Shown here piece after piece: positions 20,267 through 32,030 of a stretch of DNA of 37,616 nt. Position 1 is the stretch's first letter. Each line of letters begins with the position of its first letter. Origin of the DNA: Nemertoderma westbladi (lineage: Eukaryota > Animalia > Xenacoelomorpha); NCBI GenBank assembly GCA_032718475.1, contig JAUCBJ010001288.1:1-37616 (forward strand), given 5' to 3'. The position numbers and the translations under genes were made by a program. The notes beneath the pieces are model-generated. The model was not told the origin of the DNA, made no database searches, and saw nothing but the letters and a program-made list of their open reading frames with translations.

Positions 20267-21809
20267 ATGGGTGACGCAGAGGAAGATGTTGAGGCCGGGG
20301 CCACCGGCCTGAGGTCCCGTAAAATCGGCGAAGTTGGTCGACTGAAATTTGATAGGAAGAAACCACGGAAATTCTTTTCAACTTTAGGGCGCATGGGGCG
20401 ATTAAACAGATGGTCAAGTGAGGAGGTTGTATTAGCTGGAATCATGCAAATTGGTGACACTGAGGAATGGTTAGCTGACTACCTTGAGGATTTGTCATTA
20501 GACACATTGGAGGAACTGGAGAAGAGTGCGATTGATAAATTAGAACCACCAGAGCAACGGACAATGTTCTTGAAGGAATTCCATGATGCACGACTAAAAA
20601 CTTCCGAAACACCACGCGACTTGGCAGAGCGCCTCAAGTCATTGATCCAGTCAGCAATTCCTGAGGCTGATGTAGGTACCAGCAACATGATGGTACGTTC
20701 TCAGCTCATTGAAGCAGCCCCCAGGGCATGGGAAAACTAAGTTATATGAGTCACTGCTGGATACATTAGACCAGCTTATCGCTAAGATGGATGTTATTAT
20801 TATTAAGGCAACTGAAGGTGCTGTCGGTGGATTTGGCCCTGACACTGTAAGGCGGCAGAAGTTTAGTGGGTCCCCATCTAGCTCCAGTTCCGGACGTGGA
20901 GGCAGTTTGGGTGTTACCTGTTATCGATGCAATAAGGCTGGGCACATAGCTAGAGATTGTAGAAATGGTCCAGGGTCTCGTTTTGGGTCCAGGGGTAATG
21001 GACATAAAGGTAGTTTTCCATTTGCATGTTATCTTTGTGGTGTCAGAGGACACAAATCCGTGGATTGTTGTCGAAAGGTTGGTGATAATAGGCAAGCACA
21101 GGACAGGAGGGACTCCAGTAGCATGGCAACTGGACATAGTAATTTCCGTAGGGAAGTTAGGTCTGACAATAGTAGCACAAGCACAGGCAATCGAGTTGCT
21201 CGAGTACCGGAAATGTTGCCAGATGAAATGGGTGTTAGTGATAATACGAAACGGATAGTTGAAAACCCAGTAATAGATGACATTACCGTGGACGTCAGCT
21301 GTGGCGGGCAGTATATTGAGGCAGTAGTTGATTCTGGTAGTGCATTCTCATTGGTGAAACCAAGCGTTGCAAAATTAATTAATCTGGAAAGTGAGGTTGG
21401 TACTATTTTCCATCACGAATCTTTAACTGCTGCAAACAAAACACCATTAGAAATTATTGGTGAGGGGAAGGTCTGGATGGAACTCGATGGTCAGCAGCAA
21501 GAGATAGACCTCCAAATTGTAAAAGACCTATCGGATGACCTAATTCTGGGAAGGAATGCATTAAGGCAATTTCGAATTATTATTGACTGTGAAAGTAACA
21601 CAGCAGTTTGCAGACATATAGCAATGTCAGAGACTTTGAGTGAATCAGCTAAGGGATGTTTGGACAGATTATTGGATAAATATAGCAGGATTTTATCAAA
21701 AGATCAGTTTTCTGTTGGTCGAATTGGGAATGTAGTGCATTGTATTGATTTAACGTCCAATGTTCCAATCGCTAGACGCCCTTATAATCTTGCGGTTCAT
21801 TTACGATGA
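20267..21809 (+). pseudogene. gag: Gypsy gag and protease, frameshifted
   Basis: ETPRDLAERLKSL..VRSQLIE; CCHC knuckles CYRCNKAGHIARDC and CYLCGVRGHKSVDC; protease AVVDSGS and DLILGRNAL; frameshift near 20730. Confidence 0.88.
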
Positions 21810-24271
21810 AGTCTGCAGGGATTGTACAAGAGTCAAATAGCCCCTATGCGTTTGGTGTGGTGATAGTTCCAAAGAAATCTGGTAATATTCGATTCACTGT
21901 TGACTACTCCCCATTAAATCGCATTACAGTAAAAGATCCATACCCGATGCCTAACTTGCATCACATGCTGGAGCGAGTTGCACAAAAGAAAGTGTTTAGC
22001 TGCATGGATATTAGGCAAGCTTATTGGCATATTCCCATGGCATTGGGGGATGTTCACAAAACAGCATTTGTTCTAGAAGGGCATCATTTAGAATTTCTCG
22101 TTATGGCTATGGGACTAACAAATGCTGGTAAAACCATGCAGCGAATGGTGGACAAGGATGTTTTAGCAGTTGCTCGTTCCAGATGCACCACAACAGGTTG
22201 TTTAGAGGGATTTGTTGATGACATTATGGTTGGCAGTGACTCTGATAATGAACATAGTACCGATCTATTGTTGCTTTTTGAGATATTTAACAATTTAGAT
22301 TTAAGAATTAATCCAGATAAATGCCAGTTTTGGAAATCTAAAATTGAGGCTCTTGGACATGAAATATCATTTGGACAGGTGAGGCCTTTGAAGTCATATA
22401 AACAGGAAGTCGAGGAGTGGGCACCACCAATCGACTTAAGACAATTACGTCAATTCTTAGGGTTTGTTGGATTTTATTGGGCTTTTGTTCCTAATTTTTC
22501 AGTTCGGGCAAAGGTCCTTACAGACAAGACACGAAAAGGCGTGAAATGGTGTTGGACAGTAGAGGACCAAAGGGCATTTCAGGATTTGAAGGTAGCAATA
22601 GCAGATGCTCCAGCTAAAGTTCCCCTCGATTTAGAAACAGACATTGAGTTAATAACTGATGCTAGTGAGGATGGTTGGGGTGCAGTAATCGAACAGAATG
22701 ACCAACCTGTGGATTTTGCATCAGGTAAGTGGTCTGAAGCACAGTCACGGTATTCTACAACCAAACTTGAATTGCGTGCTGGGTGGGAGGCAGTACGTAA
22801 GTTCCGTCATTATATATTAGGAGCTCCAAATGTTACCTGGGTGACTGATCATCAATCCTTGCGAAACATCAAAGCAGATAGTGATGATAAAGTCTTATTT
22901 CGGTGGCGTCAACAATTAGATGAATATGGTATGAAAATAGTACATCGATCAGGTGTAGAAATCCCACAGGTAGATGCCTTGAGTCGAAAACCAGTACGTT
23001 GCATATTGGCAAATGAGTGGGTTGTAGCAGCAGAATTAGATTCTAATATCCAATGGTGTATACAGATGTTGAGGAGTAGTGATGAACTCTTCCCAATGAA
23101 CTTTGAACAGACCCGTTATTTGGCTATGAGAGATAATCTTTCGGTTTTGGATGGCCGACTACTCTATCAAAACAAGGAGGTTGTCCCCGAATCTCTGCGT
23201 GATTCCATCATCGAGAAATGTAATTCTGGACATTGTGGGCAGAAAAGGACAGCATCACGATTACGAGACACATATTGATGGCCTGGGTGGCACAATTCGG
23301 TGAAAGCGTATGTTTCCAAGTGTATCCCTTGTGCTAAGGCGAAACTTAGTCATCAAGGGATGACCGCATGTCATAGTACTGTGAGAGTTATTGGAGAACC
23401 GTTTCGACAGTGGGCTATTGAAATTCTAGGTCCCTTGACACGTACTATACGAAATAATTCAGTTATTCTGGTTGCGACTGACCTATTTACCAAATGGGTT
23501 GAATTATACCCCTTACCTAATCAACAAGCAAGTGTAGTAGCAAACTGTGTGTTGGATTTGGTATGTCGCTTTGCAGTTCCTGATGAGATAATGACAGATC
23601 AAGGATCTAATTTTCAGAGTAAATTATTCAAAGAACTCACAACCATGTTAAAAATTCAGAAATTGAGAACAACACCATATCATCCACAGACAAATGGCCA
23701 GTGTGAACGTTTAAACTCAACTATTGCAGGAATGTTGCGTGCCTTACTTATTGAGCGACCTGATGATTGGGATAACTATCTACCAACAATTGCTTATACA
23801 TATCGAACAACACGTCATGTTGTCACAGGATTTATGCCATTCCAACTTGTGTATAGACGTTTACCTCGTCTCGCACATGAGACAGAATTCATTGAAGATG
23901 AACCATATGAGGAGACCTTCATGGGAAATTTCCTCAAGATACAGTCTAAATCTCATAGATGGCAGAAAGAAGCCTTGGAGCGAATTATTAGTGATAAAGA
24001 CAATCGAATCTGTGAACGGTCTAAACCTGGTTACCAAATAGGTGATCAAGTTATGCTTCGAAAGTTTTGGTCTCAAACAGGGGTTTGTCGGAAATTAATG
24101 CCTATGTATGAAGGACCCTTTATAGTTGTCGATGTCCGTTGTCCCGATTATGTGATATTGATTAATGGAAAACAACGACAGGTTCATGCAGCGACCTTAA
24201 ACTATACCAATCATCTTCCACTGTCGATCCAAACAGTAATGGAAGTCCTGATGATGATGATGCGACTCTAA
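21806..24271 (+). pseudogene. pol: Gypsy pol (RT, RNase H, integrase)
   Basis: SPYAFGVVIVPKKSG, VDYSPLN, FVDD, FLGFVGFY, TDAS, TDHQSL, DALSR. Integrase: GHCG..CIPC, TDQGSNF, PYHPQTNGQCER, YEGPF. In-frame TGA at 23276; first IN Asp appears as Glu (WAIEILGP). Confidence 0.93.
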
Positions 24272-24607
24272 TTATCGAGGGTCAACCAGGTGATGGTGAA
24301 ACACCAAACAATGATGAGATCCCTGCGCAGTGCATAGATGTGGGACCCGTTGTACCCACTACCACAAACATTGTCGATGAGGGCGAGGAGTCCAGTGACG
24401 AAGACCCACTTTCATTCATTGCGGGTACCTCACGTTATGGTCGACTGCGTCAAAAACGCAAACTATATAGCCCCTGAGATTACTACAGTAGTTTTAAAAA
24501 CTGAACGGAACATTACTCTTACTGACTTTTTATTATGGTATGTTTATTTTCAAATGGAACTCTTATCATATTTAGCAACTTAGGGTTTAAAAATATTGGA
24601 TATTTTT

Positions 24608-24617
24608 GGGGGGAGAA
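24608..24617 (+). promoter_or_regulatory. Gypsy polypurine tract
   Basis: GGGGGGAGAA just before the 3' LTR. Confidence 0.85.
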
Positions 24618-24618
24618 T

Positions 24619-24905
24619 TGAAAGGATTGAGGTGGTAACTTGAGGACCTAACTAATTATGGGGTACCGGTAACAATGGTTTGTACTGTACCTAGTAATTA
24701 ATACCTTTGGGGGGATCTAAGTGCGCGTTGACATATAAGTATCTGATGTCTGCATAAGTACCGGTAGGGGATGAATAATATAATACTGATGGTGATGACT
24801 GAAACCTGTTGTTACCCTGTGTTATCGTGTTCGACGTGCTGAACTGCTGAACCGTCTGGAGTCTTCAATTAGACCTGTGAACTCTAAGGCAGGTGGGAGC
24901 CGTCA
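24619..24905 (+). repeat. Gypsy 3' LTR
   Basis: Copy of 19669-19956 ending GGGAGCCGTCA. Confidence 0.92.
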
Positions 24906-24930
24906 AAAGCAATAAACAAAAGTTAAAGAT

Positions 24931-25361
24931 GGTTACAGGACAAGTTGTATCAAGACAAGTTTTTTCAAAATTATAAAAGAAACATTTTTATAGTCAAATT
25001 TTGTTTGTTTTTCTTTTAATTGGGGGCTGCCGCCCCCAAACCCCTGCTTCTATTCTTGGGGGCTGCCGCCCCCAAACCCCCGCTTCTTTTCTTGGAGGCT
25101 GCCGCTCCCAAACCCCCTTTTTCTTGGAGGCTACCGCCCCCAAACCCCCGGTTCTTTTCTTGGGGGCTGCCGCCCCCAAACCCCCGCTTCTTTTCTTGGG
25201 GGCTGCCGCCCCCAAACCCCTGCTTCTTTTCATGGGGGTTGCCGCCCCCAAACCCCCTTTTTTCTTGGAGGCTACCATAAATCGGGATGCAAAAGATCAC
25301 TTTCTGAGCTACGAAAGGAAAATTGGATACAACTTGTCTGGATACAAGCGGTCCCTTTACC
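24931..25361. mobile_element. Second small TIR element nested in the MULE
   Basis: Imperfect TIRs GGTTACAGGACAAGTTGTATCAAGACAAGTT and (reverse complement) GGTAAAGGGACCGCTTGTATCCAGACAAGTT; no clean TSD. Confidence 0.55.
25020..25276. repeat. GC-rich minisatellite, ~31-36-bp unit, ~7 copies
   Basis: TTCTTGGGGGCTGCCGCCCCCAAACCCCCGCTTCT-like units. Confidence 0.85.
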
Positions 25362-26940
25362 TTACAAAGTGAAAAATACGAATGTGCGAAGTTAAGAACA
25401 GTCGGGGGGGGGGGGGGGGAGTGTCCGGGGGGGAATTGTCTGGGGGGAAGTGTCCGGGGGGGAAGTGTCCTACTTGAGCGGGGGGAAACTGTCCGGGGGG
25501 GAACTGTCCGGGGGGGAAGTTTCCGGGGGGGGGAAGTGTCCGAACACCAATCTTCTGGACTCGCAAACCAGGAGGGCGTTAGACCGTTTTTGTACATGTT
25601 AATTCCAAGGAAACACCCGGAAAGTAACATGGGGGGGGGGGGGGGTTTGTTGCGGTAGCGGCCAAATGCTTGTATACTAAGGAATTTTGAGCAATAAAAG
25701 AAAGCGGCCAGCGGAAGGGAAGCTAATACAAATTGGCAAACCAAGACAGCAACAATAGATTTGGTCAGTACCAAATCTATTACATAAGGCAAGGGGGGAG
25801 GGGGGGGGGGGGGGCAACCTCACTAATATCCACACGGGAAGCTAATGGTGCAATATAGTGTAACTGTAAGTAGTAATATAACAATATGTGTATCCATATA
25901 ACCAAAGAAGGGGAAAGGTTTGGCAGTTGAACATTAATCAGCTAATTCAAACACTGGACCAATCAGAGCCTCTGAATCTGGAAAGGCTGGTGTTAGAGAT
26001 ATTGGTTGAGGGTATTGCATCACATTGTCATTATTAGCCAGTTGTGCGAGCAGATTAGATAGGTGTAGTGCTGTAGTGAACTAATTTGTACCGGTCAAGA
26101 TGGTCAGGTCAATACGGTACCAAGTCAGCTCAGTATGGTGTAATATCTAGTAGTAAAGTTATAAATCATTGATCACAATAATCAGTTAAGTTATCTATTA
26201 TTCACTTTCAACAAACATAATACATACTACAGTACTATAGTCTACAGAAACATCGAACTCTTTTAACCTCAATAACTCTATGAACGATCCATACTACCTG
26301 CCCGAGTACGATAGTTGCGCAATCCTACGCTTACGGTGCGCGCGCAAGCGCACAACTCCGCTACCGTAACAAATATACAATCAGACAATTGGCTAAAATC
26401 GGATTGATTAATCCTATCCAGATGGATTCATACAGTATAATCTCCAATGCAATGTATTTGTCATACTGTATATTGCCTTCTATTATGCGGCTATACATCA
26501 TATGTATACTGCAGTACTGTAGCTGTGTATGGGTACTGTACCTCACCAAGTAGGAATTCCAACTATTTTTTCATATAAACTATTTGCTCTTTCCTGTTCA
26601 CCGAAACCAATATCCGTAGATGTAACGGCTTGTCTCTAAGGCACCTTTTTATTAGGAGAGTTTGTGTTGGTCTATCAGTCCGTTGCTTTATTTCATAAAA
26701 CACACCAATTATTTATTCATATAAGCCGCTCCATTTACTAACATTGCGCTACTTTGCTTCCACTAAGCTGCAGCTGGTATTTAATGTTTATTAGGTTGCG
26801 TTTTATACAGTTTAAGTATGGCGTGTTAGTGTCGTTACATTCATTCGCAGAATATTGTATTTTAGTGCTTGAAGTATTTTGTAAACTAAAAAACTAAAAA
26901 TAACAAACTACTACTAAGTAAAAAACTAGTGACGGTCACT

Positions 26941-27039
26941 ATGTTCAAGGAAACTCTTCTACTTTTGACTCTTGCAGCTCTTCTTGCTGCTGTGGAGTGT
27001 TTGGGAGAGAGCCATGGGAACTCAACCGAAAGAGACAAT
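26941..27039 (+). CDS. Exon 1 (signal peptide) of a secreted fibrinogen-related protein
   Basis: MFKETLLLLTLAALLAAVECLGESHGNSTERDN followed by a GTAAGA donor at 27040; phase 0 matches the acceptor at 33706. Not in the ORF track. Confidence 0.8.
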
Positions 27040-27399
27040 GTAAGATTGTTATTTAATGTATAATCAATGTGTTTGTAGAGCCACTGAAGTTCTAACTACA
27101 TTTACAATAAACTTTTGCTGTTAAAGTTTTACCAAAACCTGCCAATTGCGTTCTACTGTAAGTATGATTGGTGCCATTCAAGATTCTGTTTGACTGTTTG
27201 CAAAATTTACTGCTGTAACCTCTCTGCGTCTCAACTCCTCTCTGACATCCGTATCCTCTGCCAAGTTACACTGTTAAAACTACAGAGTTCATAAAATTAC
27301 ACATTAATAATAATAATAATATAAAAGTTACTTTTTCCAAACAAATTAGTTTCCCCTGCCGAAGGCATTCCATTTATTCCACCCAAGATAAATATGTAT

Positions 27400-30300
27400 G
27401 TAGACCTACATACCTACCGCTAAAAGACCCCCACTTGTTCCACTAAAGAAATATATGTACTGTAAATCTACCTACCGCAAAAAGGTCCCCACTTGTTCCA
27501 TTAAAGCCTTGTTAAATAAATGTGTGAGTAAGCCGACCTACCGCCAAAAGACCCCCACTTGCTCCACCAAAGCCTTGTTAAATAAATGTGTGAGAAAGCC
27601 TACCTACCGCTAAAAGATCCCCACTTGTTCCACTAAAGCCTTGTTAAATAAATGTGTGAGTAAGCCGACCTACCGCCAAAAAGACCCCCACTTGCTCCAC
27701 CAAAGCCTTGTTAAATAAATGTGTGAGTAAGCCGACCTACCGCCAACAGATCCCCACTTGCTCCACCAAAGCCTTGTTAAATAAATGTGTGAGTACGCCT
27801 ACCTACCGCCAAAAGACCCCCACTTGCTCCACCAAAGCCTTGTTAAATAAATGTGTGAGTAAGCCTACCTACCGCTAAAAGATCCCCACTTGTTCCACTA
27901 AAGCCTTGTTAAATAAATGTGTGAGTAAGCCGACCTACCGCAAAAAGATCCCCACTTGTTCCACTAAAGCCTTGTTAAATAAATGTGTGAGTAAGCCTAC
28001 CTACCGCTAAAAGATCCCCACTTGTTCCACTAAAGCCTTGTTAAATAAATGTGTGAGTAAGCCTACCTACCGCTAAAAGATCCCCACTTGTTCCACTAAA
28101 GCCTTGTTAAATAAATGTGTGAGTAAGCCGACCTACCGCAAAAAGATCCCCACTTGTTCCACTAAAGCCTTGTTAAATAAATGTGTGAGTAAGCCTACCT
28201 ACCGCTAAAAGATCCCCACTTGTTCCACTAAAGCCTTGTTAAATAAATGTGTGAGTAAGCCTACCTACCGCTAAAAGATCCCCACTTGTTCCACTAAAGC
28301 CTTGTTAAATAAATGTGTGAGTAAGCCGACCTACCGCTAAAAGATCCCCACTTGTTCCACTAAAGCCTTGTTAAATAAATGTGTGAGTAAGCCGACCTAC
28401 CGCAAAAAGATCCCCACTTGTTCCACTAAAGCCTTGTTAATTAAATGTGTGAGTAAGCCTACCTACCGCTAAAAGATCCCCACTTGTTCCACTAAAGCCT
28501 TGTTAAATAAATGTGTGAGTAAGCCTACCTACCGCTAAAAGATCCCCACTTGTTCCACTAAAGCCTTGTTAAATAAATGTGTGAGTAAGCCGACCTACCG
28601 CAAAAAGATCCCCACTTGTTCCACTAAAGCCTTGTTAAATAAATGTGTGAGTAAGCCTACCTACCGCTAAAAGATCCCCACTTGTTCCACTAAAGCCTTG
28701 TTAAATAAATGTGTGAGTAAGCCTACCTACCGCTAAAAGATCCCCACTTGTTCCACTAAAGCCTTGTTAAATAAATGTGTGAGTAAGCCGACCTACCGCA
28801 AAAAGATCCCCACTTGTTCCACTAAAGCCTTGTTAAATAAATGTGTGAGTAAGCCTACCTACCGCTAAAAGATCCCCACTTGTTCCACTAAAGCCTTGTT
28901 AAATAAATGTGTGAGTAAGCCTACCTACCACTAAAAGATCCCCACTTGTTCCACTAAAGCCTTGTTAAATAAATGTGTGAGTAAGCCTACCTACCGCTAA
29001 AAGATCCCCACTTGTTCCACTAAAGCCTTGTTAAATAAATGTGTGAGTAAGCCGACCTACCGCAAAAAGATCCCCACTTGTTCCACTAAAGCCTTGTTAA
29101 TTAAATGTGTGAGTAAGCCTACCTACCGCTAAAAGATCCCCACTTGTTCCACTAAAGCCTTGTTAAATAAATGTGTGAGTAAGCCTACCTACCGCTAAAA
29201 GATCCCCACTTGTTCCACTAAAGCCTTGTTAAATAAATGTGTGAGTAAGCCGACCTACCGCAAAAAGATCCCCACTTGTTCCACTAAAGCCTTGTTAAAT
29301 AAATGTGTGAGTAAGCCTACCTACCGCTAAAAGATCCCCACTTGTTCCACTAAAGCCTTGTTAAATAAATGTGTGAGTAAGCCTACCTACCGCTAAAAGA
29401 TCCCCACTTGTTCCACTAAAGCCTTGTTAAATAAATGTGTGAGTAAGCCTACCTACCGCTAAAAGATCCCCACTTGTTCCACTAAAGCCTTGTTAAATAA
29501 ATGTGTGAGTAAGCCGACCTACCGCAAAAAGATCCCCACTTGTTCCACTAAAGCCTTGTTAAATAAATGTGTGAGTAAGCCGACCTACCGCAAAAAGATC
29601 CCCACTTGTTCCACTAAAGCCTTGTTAAATAAATGTGTGAGTAAGCCTACCTACCGCTAAAAGATCCCCACTTGTTCCACTAAAGCCTTGTTAAATAAAT
29701 GTGTGAGTAAGCCTACCTACCGCTAAAAGATCCCCACTTGTTCCACTAAAGCCTTGTTAAATAAATGTGTGAGTAAGCCGACCTACCGCAAAAAGATCCC
29801 CACTTGTTCCACTAAAGCCTTGTTAAATAAATGTGTGAGTAAGCCTACCTACCGCTAAAAGATCCCCACTTGTTCCACTAAAGCCTTGTTAAATAAATGT
29901 GTGAGTAAGCCTACCTACCGCTAAAAGATCCCCACTTGTTCCACTAAAGCCTTGTTAAATAAATGTGTGAGTAAGCCGACCTACCGCTAAAAGATCCCCA
30001 CTTGTTCCACTAAAGCCTTGTTAAATAAATGTGTGAGTAAGCCGACCTACCGCAAAAAGATCCCCACTTGTTCCACTAAAGCCTTGTTAATTAAATGTGT
30101 GAGTAAGCCTACCTACCGCTAAAAGATCCCCACTTGTTCCACTAAAGCCTTGTTAAATAAATGTGTGAGTAAGCCTACCTACCGCTAAAAGATCCCCACT
30201 TGTTCCACTAAAGCCTTGTTAAATAAATGTGTGAGTAAGCCGACCTACCGCAAAAAGATCCCCACTTGTTCCACTAAAGCCTTGTTAAATAAATGTGTGA

Positions 30301-31766
30301 GTAAGCCTACCTACCGCTAAAAGATCCCCACTTGTTCCACTAAAGCCTTGTTAAATAAATGTGTGAGTAAGCCTACCTACCGCTAAAAGATCCCCACTTG
30401 TTCCACTAAAGCCTTGTTAAATAAATGTGTGAGTAAGCCGACCTACCGCAAAAAGATCCCCACTTGTTCCACTAAAGCCTTGTTAAATAAATGTGTGAGT
30501 AAGCCTACCTACCGCTAAAAGATCCCCACTTGTTCCACTAAAGCCTTGTTAAATAAATGTGTGAGTAAGCCTACCTACCACTAAAAGATCCCCACTTGTT
30601 CCACTAAAGCCTTGTTAAATAAATGTGTGAGTAAGCCTACCTACCGCTAAAAGATCCCCACTTGTTCCACTAAAGCCTTGTTAAATAAATGTGTGAGTAA
30701 GCCGACCTACCGCAAAAAGATCCCCACTTGTTCCACTAAAGCCTTGTTAATTAAATGTGTGAGTAAGCCTACCTACCGCTAAAAGATCCCCACTTGTTCC
30801 ACTAAAGCCTTGTTAAATAAATGTGTGAGTAAGCCTACCTACCGCTAAAAGATCCCCACTTGTTCCACTAAAGCCTTGTTAAATAAATGTGTGAGTAAGC
30901 CGACCTACCGCAAAAAGATCCCCACTTGTTCCACTAAAGCCTTGTTAAATAAATGTGTGAGTAAGCCTACCTACCGCTAAAAGATCCCCACTTGTTCCAC
31001 TAAAGCCTTGTTAAATAAATGTGTGAGTAAGCCTACCTACCGCTAAAAGATCCCCACTTGTTCCACTAAAGCCTTGTTAAATAAATGCGTGAGTAAGCCG
31101 ACCTACCGCTAAAATATCCCCACTTGTTCCACTAAAGCCTTGTTAAATAAATGTGTGAGTAAGCCTACCTACCGCTAAAAGATCCCCACTTGTTCCACTA
31201 AAGCCTTGTTAAAAAAATGTGTGAGTAAGCCTACCTACCGCTAAAAGATCCCCACTTGCTCCACCAAAGCCTTGTTAAATAAATGTGTGAGTAAGCCTAC
31301 CTACCGCTAAAAGATCCCCACTTGCTCCACCAAAGCCTTGTTAAATAAATGTGTGAGTAAGCCTACCTACCGCTAAAAGATCCCCACTTGCTCCACCAAA
31401 GCCTTGTTAAATAAATGTGTGAGTAAGCCTACCTACCGCTAAAAGATCCCCACTTGCTCCACCAAAGCCTTGTTAAATAAATGTGTGAGTAAGCCTACCT
31501 ACCACTAAAAGACACCCACTTGTTCCACTAAAGCCTTGTTAAATAAATGTGTGAGTAAGCCTACCTACCGCTAAAAGACCACCACTTGTTCCACTAAAGC
31601 CTTGTTAAATAAATGTGTGAGTAAGCCTACCTACCGCTAAAAGATCCCCACTTGTTCCACTAAAGCCTTGTTAAATAAATGTGTGAAGAAGCCTACCTAC
31701 CGCTAAAATATCCCCACTTGTTCCACTAAAGCCGTGTTAAATAAATGTGTGAGTAAGCCTACCTAC
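27400..31766. repeat. Intronic 66-bp satellite, ~65 copies
   Basis: GAGTAAGCCTACCTACCGCTAAAAGATCCCCACTTGTTCCACTAAAGCCTTGTTAAATAAATGTGT head to tail, without spacers; degenerate left edge. Confidence 0.97.
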
Positions 31767-32030
31767 TGTCGCAGTGTCCGAGTGGATACGGCGCCTGAAA
31801 TGCTTACACAATAGTGTTTGGTGGCGCAGGTTCGAATCCGACTAAAGGCTGTAGAAATTTCGCATTGTTGTGTCCCTAGGCAAGACACTTTAGACATTAG
31901 TGCCTACGCCAACCCAGCGGTATAATGGGAACCTAGCTTTGCTGGGGTAATGATAATAAAAGCGCTTTGAGTATGCTGAGCGTAGAAAAGCGCTATATAA
32001 ATAACCAATATTATATTATATTATTATTAT
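31767..32030 (+). mobile_element. tRNA-derived SINE (CORE-like body, L2-like tail)
   Basis: A box TGTCCGAGTGG, B box GGTTCGAATCC, GTGTCCCTAGGCAAGACACTT, tail AAAGCGCTTTGAG...GAAAAGCGCTATATAAAT plus (TAT)n; TSD TACCTAC (31760-31766, 32031-32037). Confidence 0.88.

Larger units (their letters stand above)
19669..24905 (+). mobile_element. Gypsy/Ty3 LTR retrotransposon, full length, decayed
   Basis: ~288-bp LTRs TG..CA, 4-bp TSD AAAG (19665-19668, 24906-24909), PPT GGGGGGAGAA, domain order gag-PR-RT-RH-IN. Confidence 0.95.
19532..25548. mobile_element. Non-autonomous Mutator-like (MULE) DNA transposon with repeat-built inverted arms
   Basis: Perfect 9-bp TSD AATCTTCTG (19523-19531, 25549-25557). 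Termini are GGATCTAGGACACTTCCCCC and (reverse complement) GGTGTTCGGACACTTCCCCC. Tandem GGACACTTCCCCCCC units lie at 19539-19632 and inverted at 25404-25541. About 780 bp remain after removing the Gypsy; no transposase. Confidence 0.85.

Noticed and set aside
20720-20745. Programmed gag-pol frameshift in the Gypsy (GGGAAAAC)
   Set aside because: It lies mid-gag, before the zinc knuckles, in a copy with other lesions; a random 1-bp indel is the simpler explanation.
19412-25604. Short frame spanning the MULE insertion site (LTGYLAAAVQRIVKDEE...RALDRFCTC)
   Set aside because: Only ~54 codons after rejoining, with no start or splice support and no recognisable family.
24994-25792. Gly/Pro-rich ORFs on both strands
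   Set aside because: They are translations of the minisatellite and MULE arm repeats.
31768-31850. Functional tRNA gene
   Set aside because: A and B boxes are present, but there is no proper acceptor stem and it runs into a SINE body, tail and TSD.
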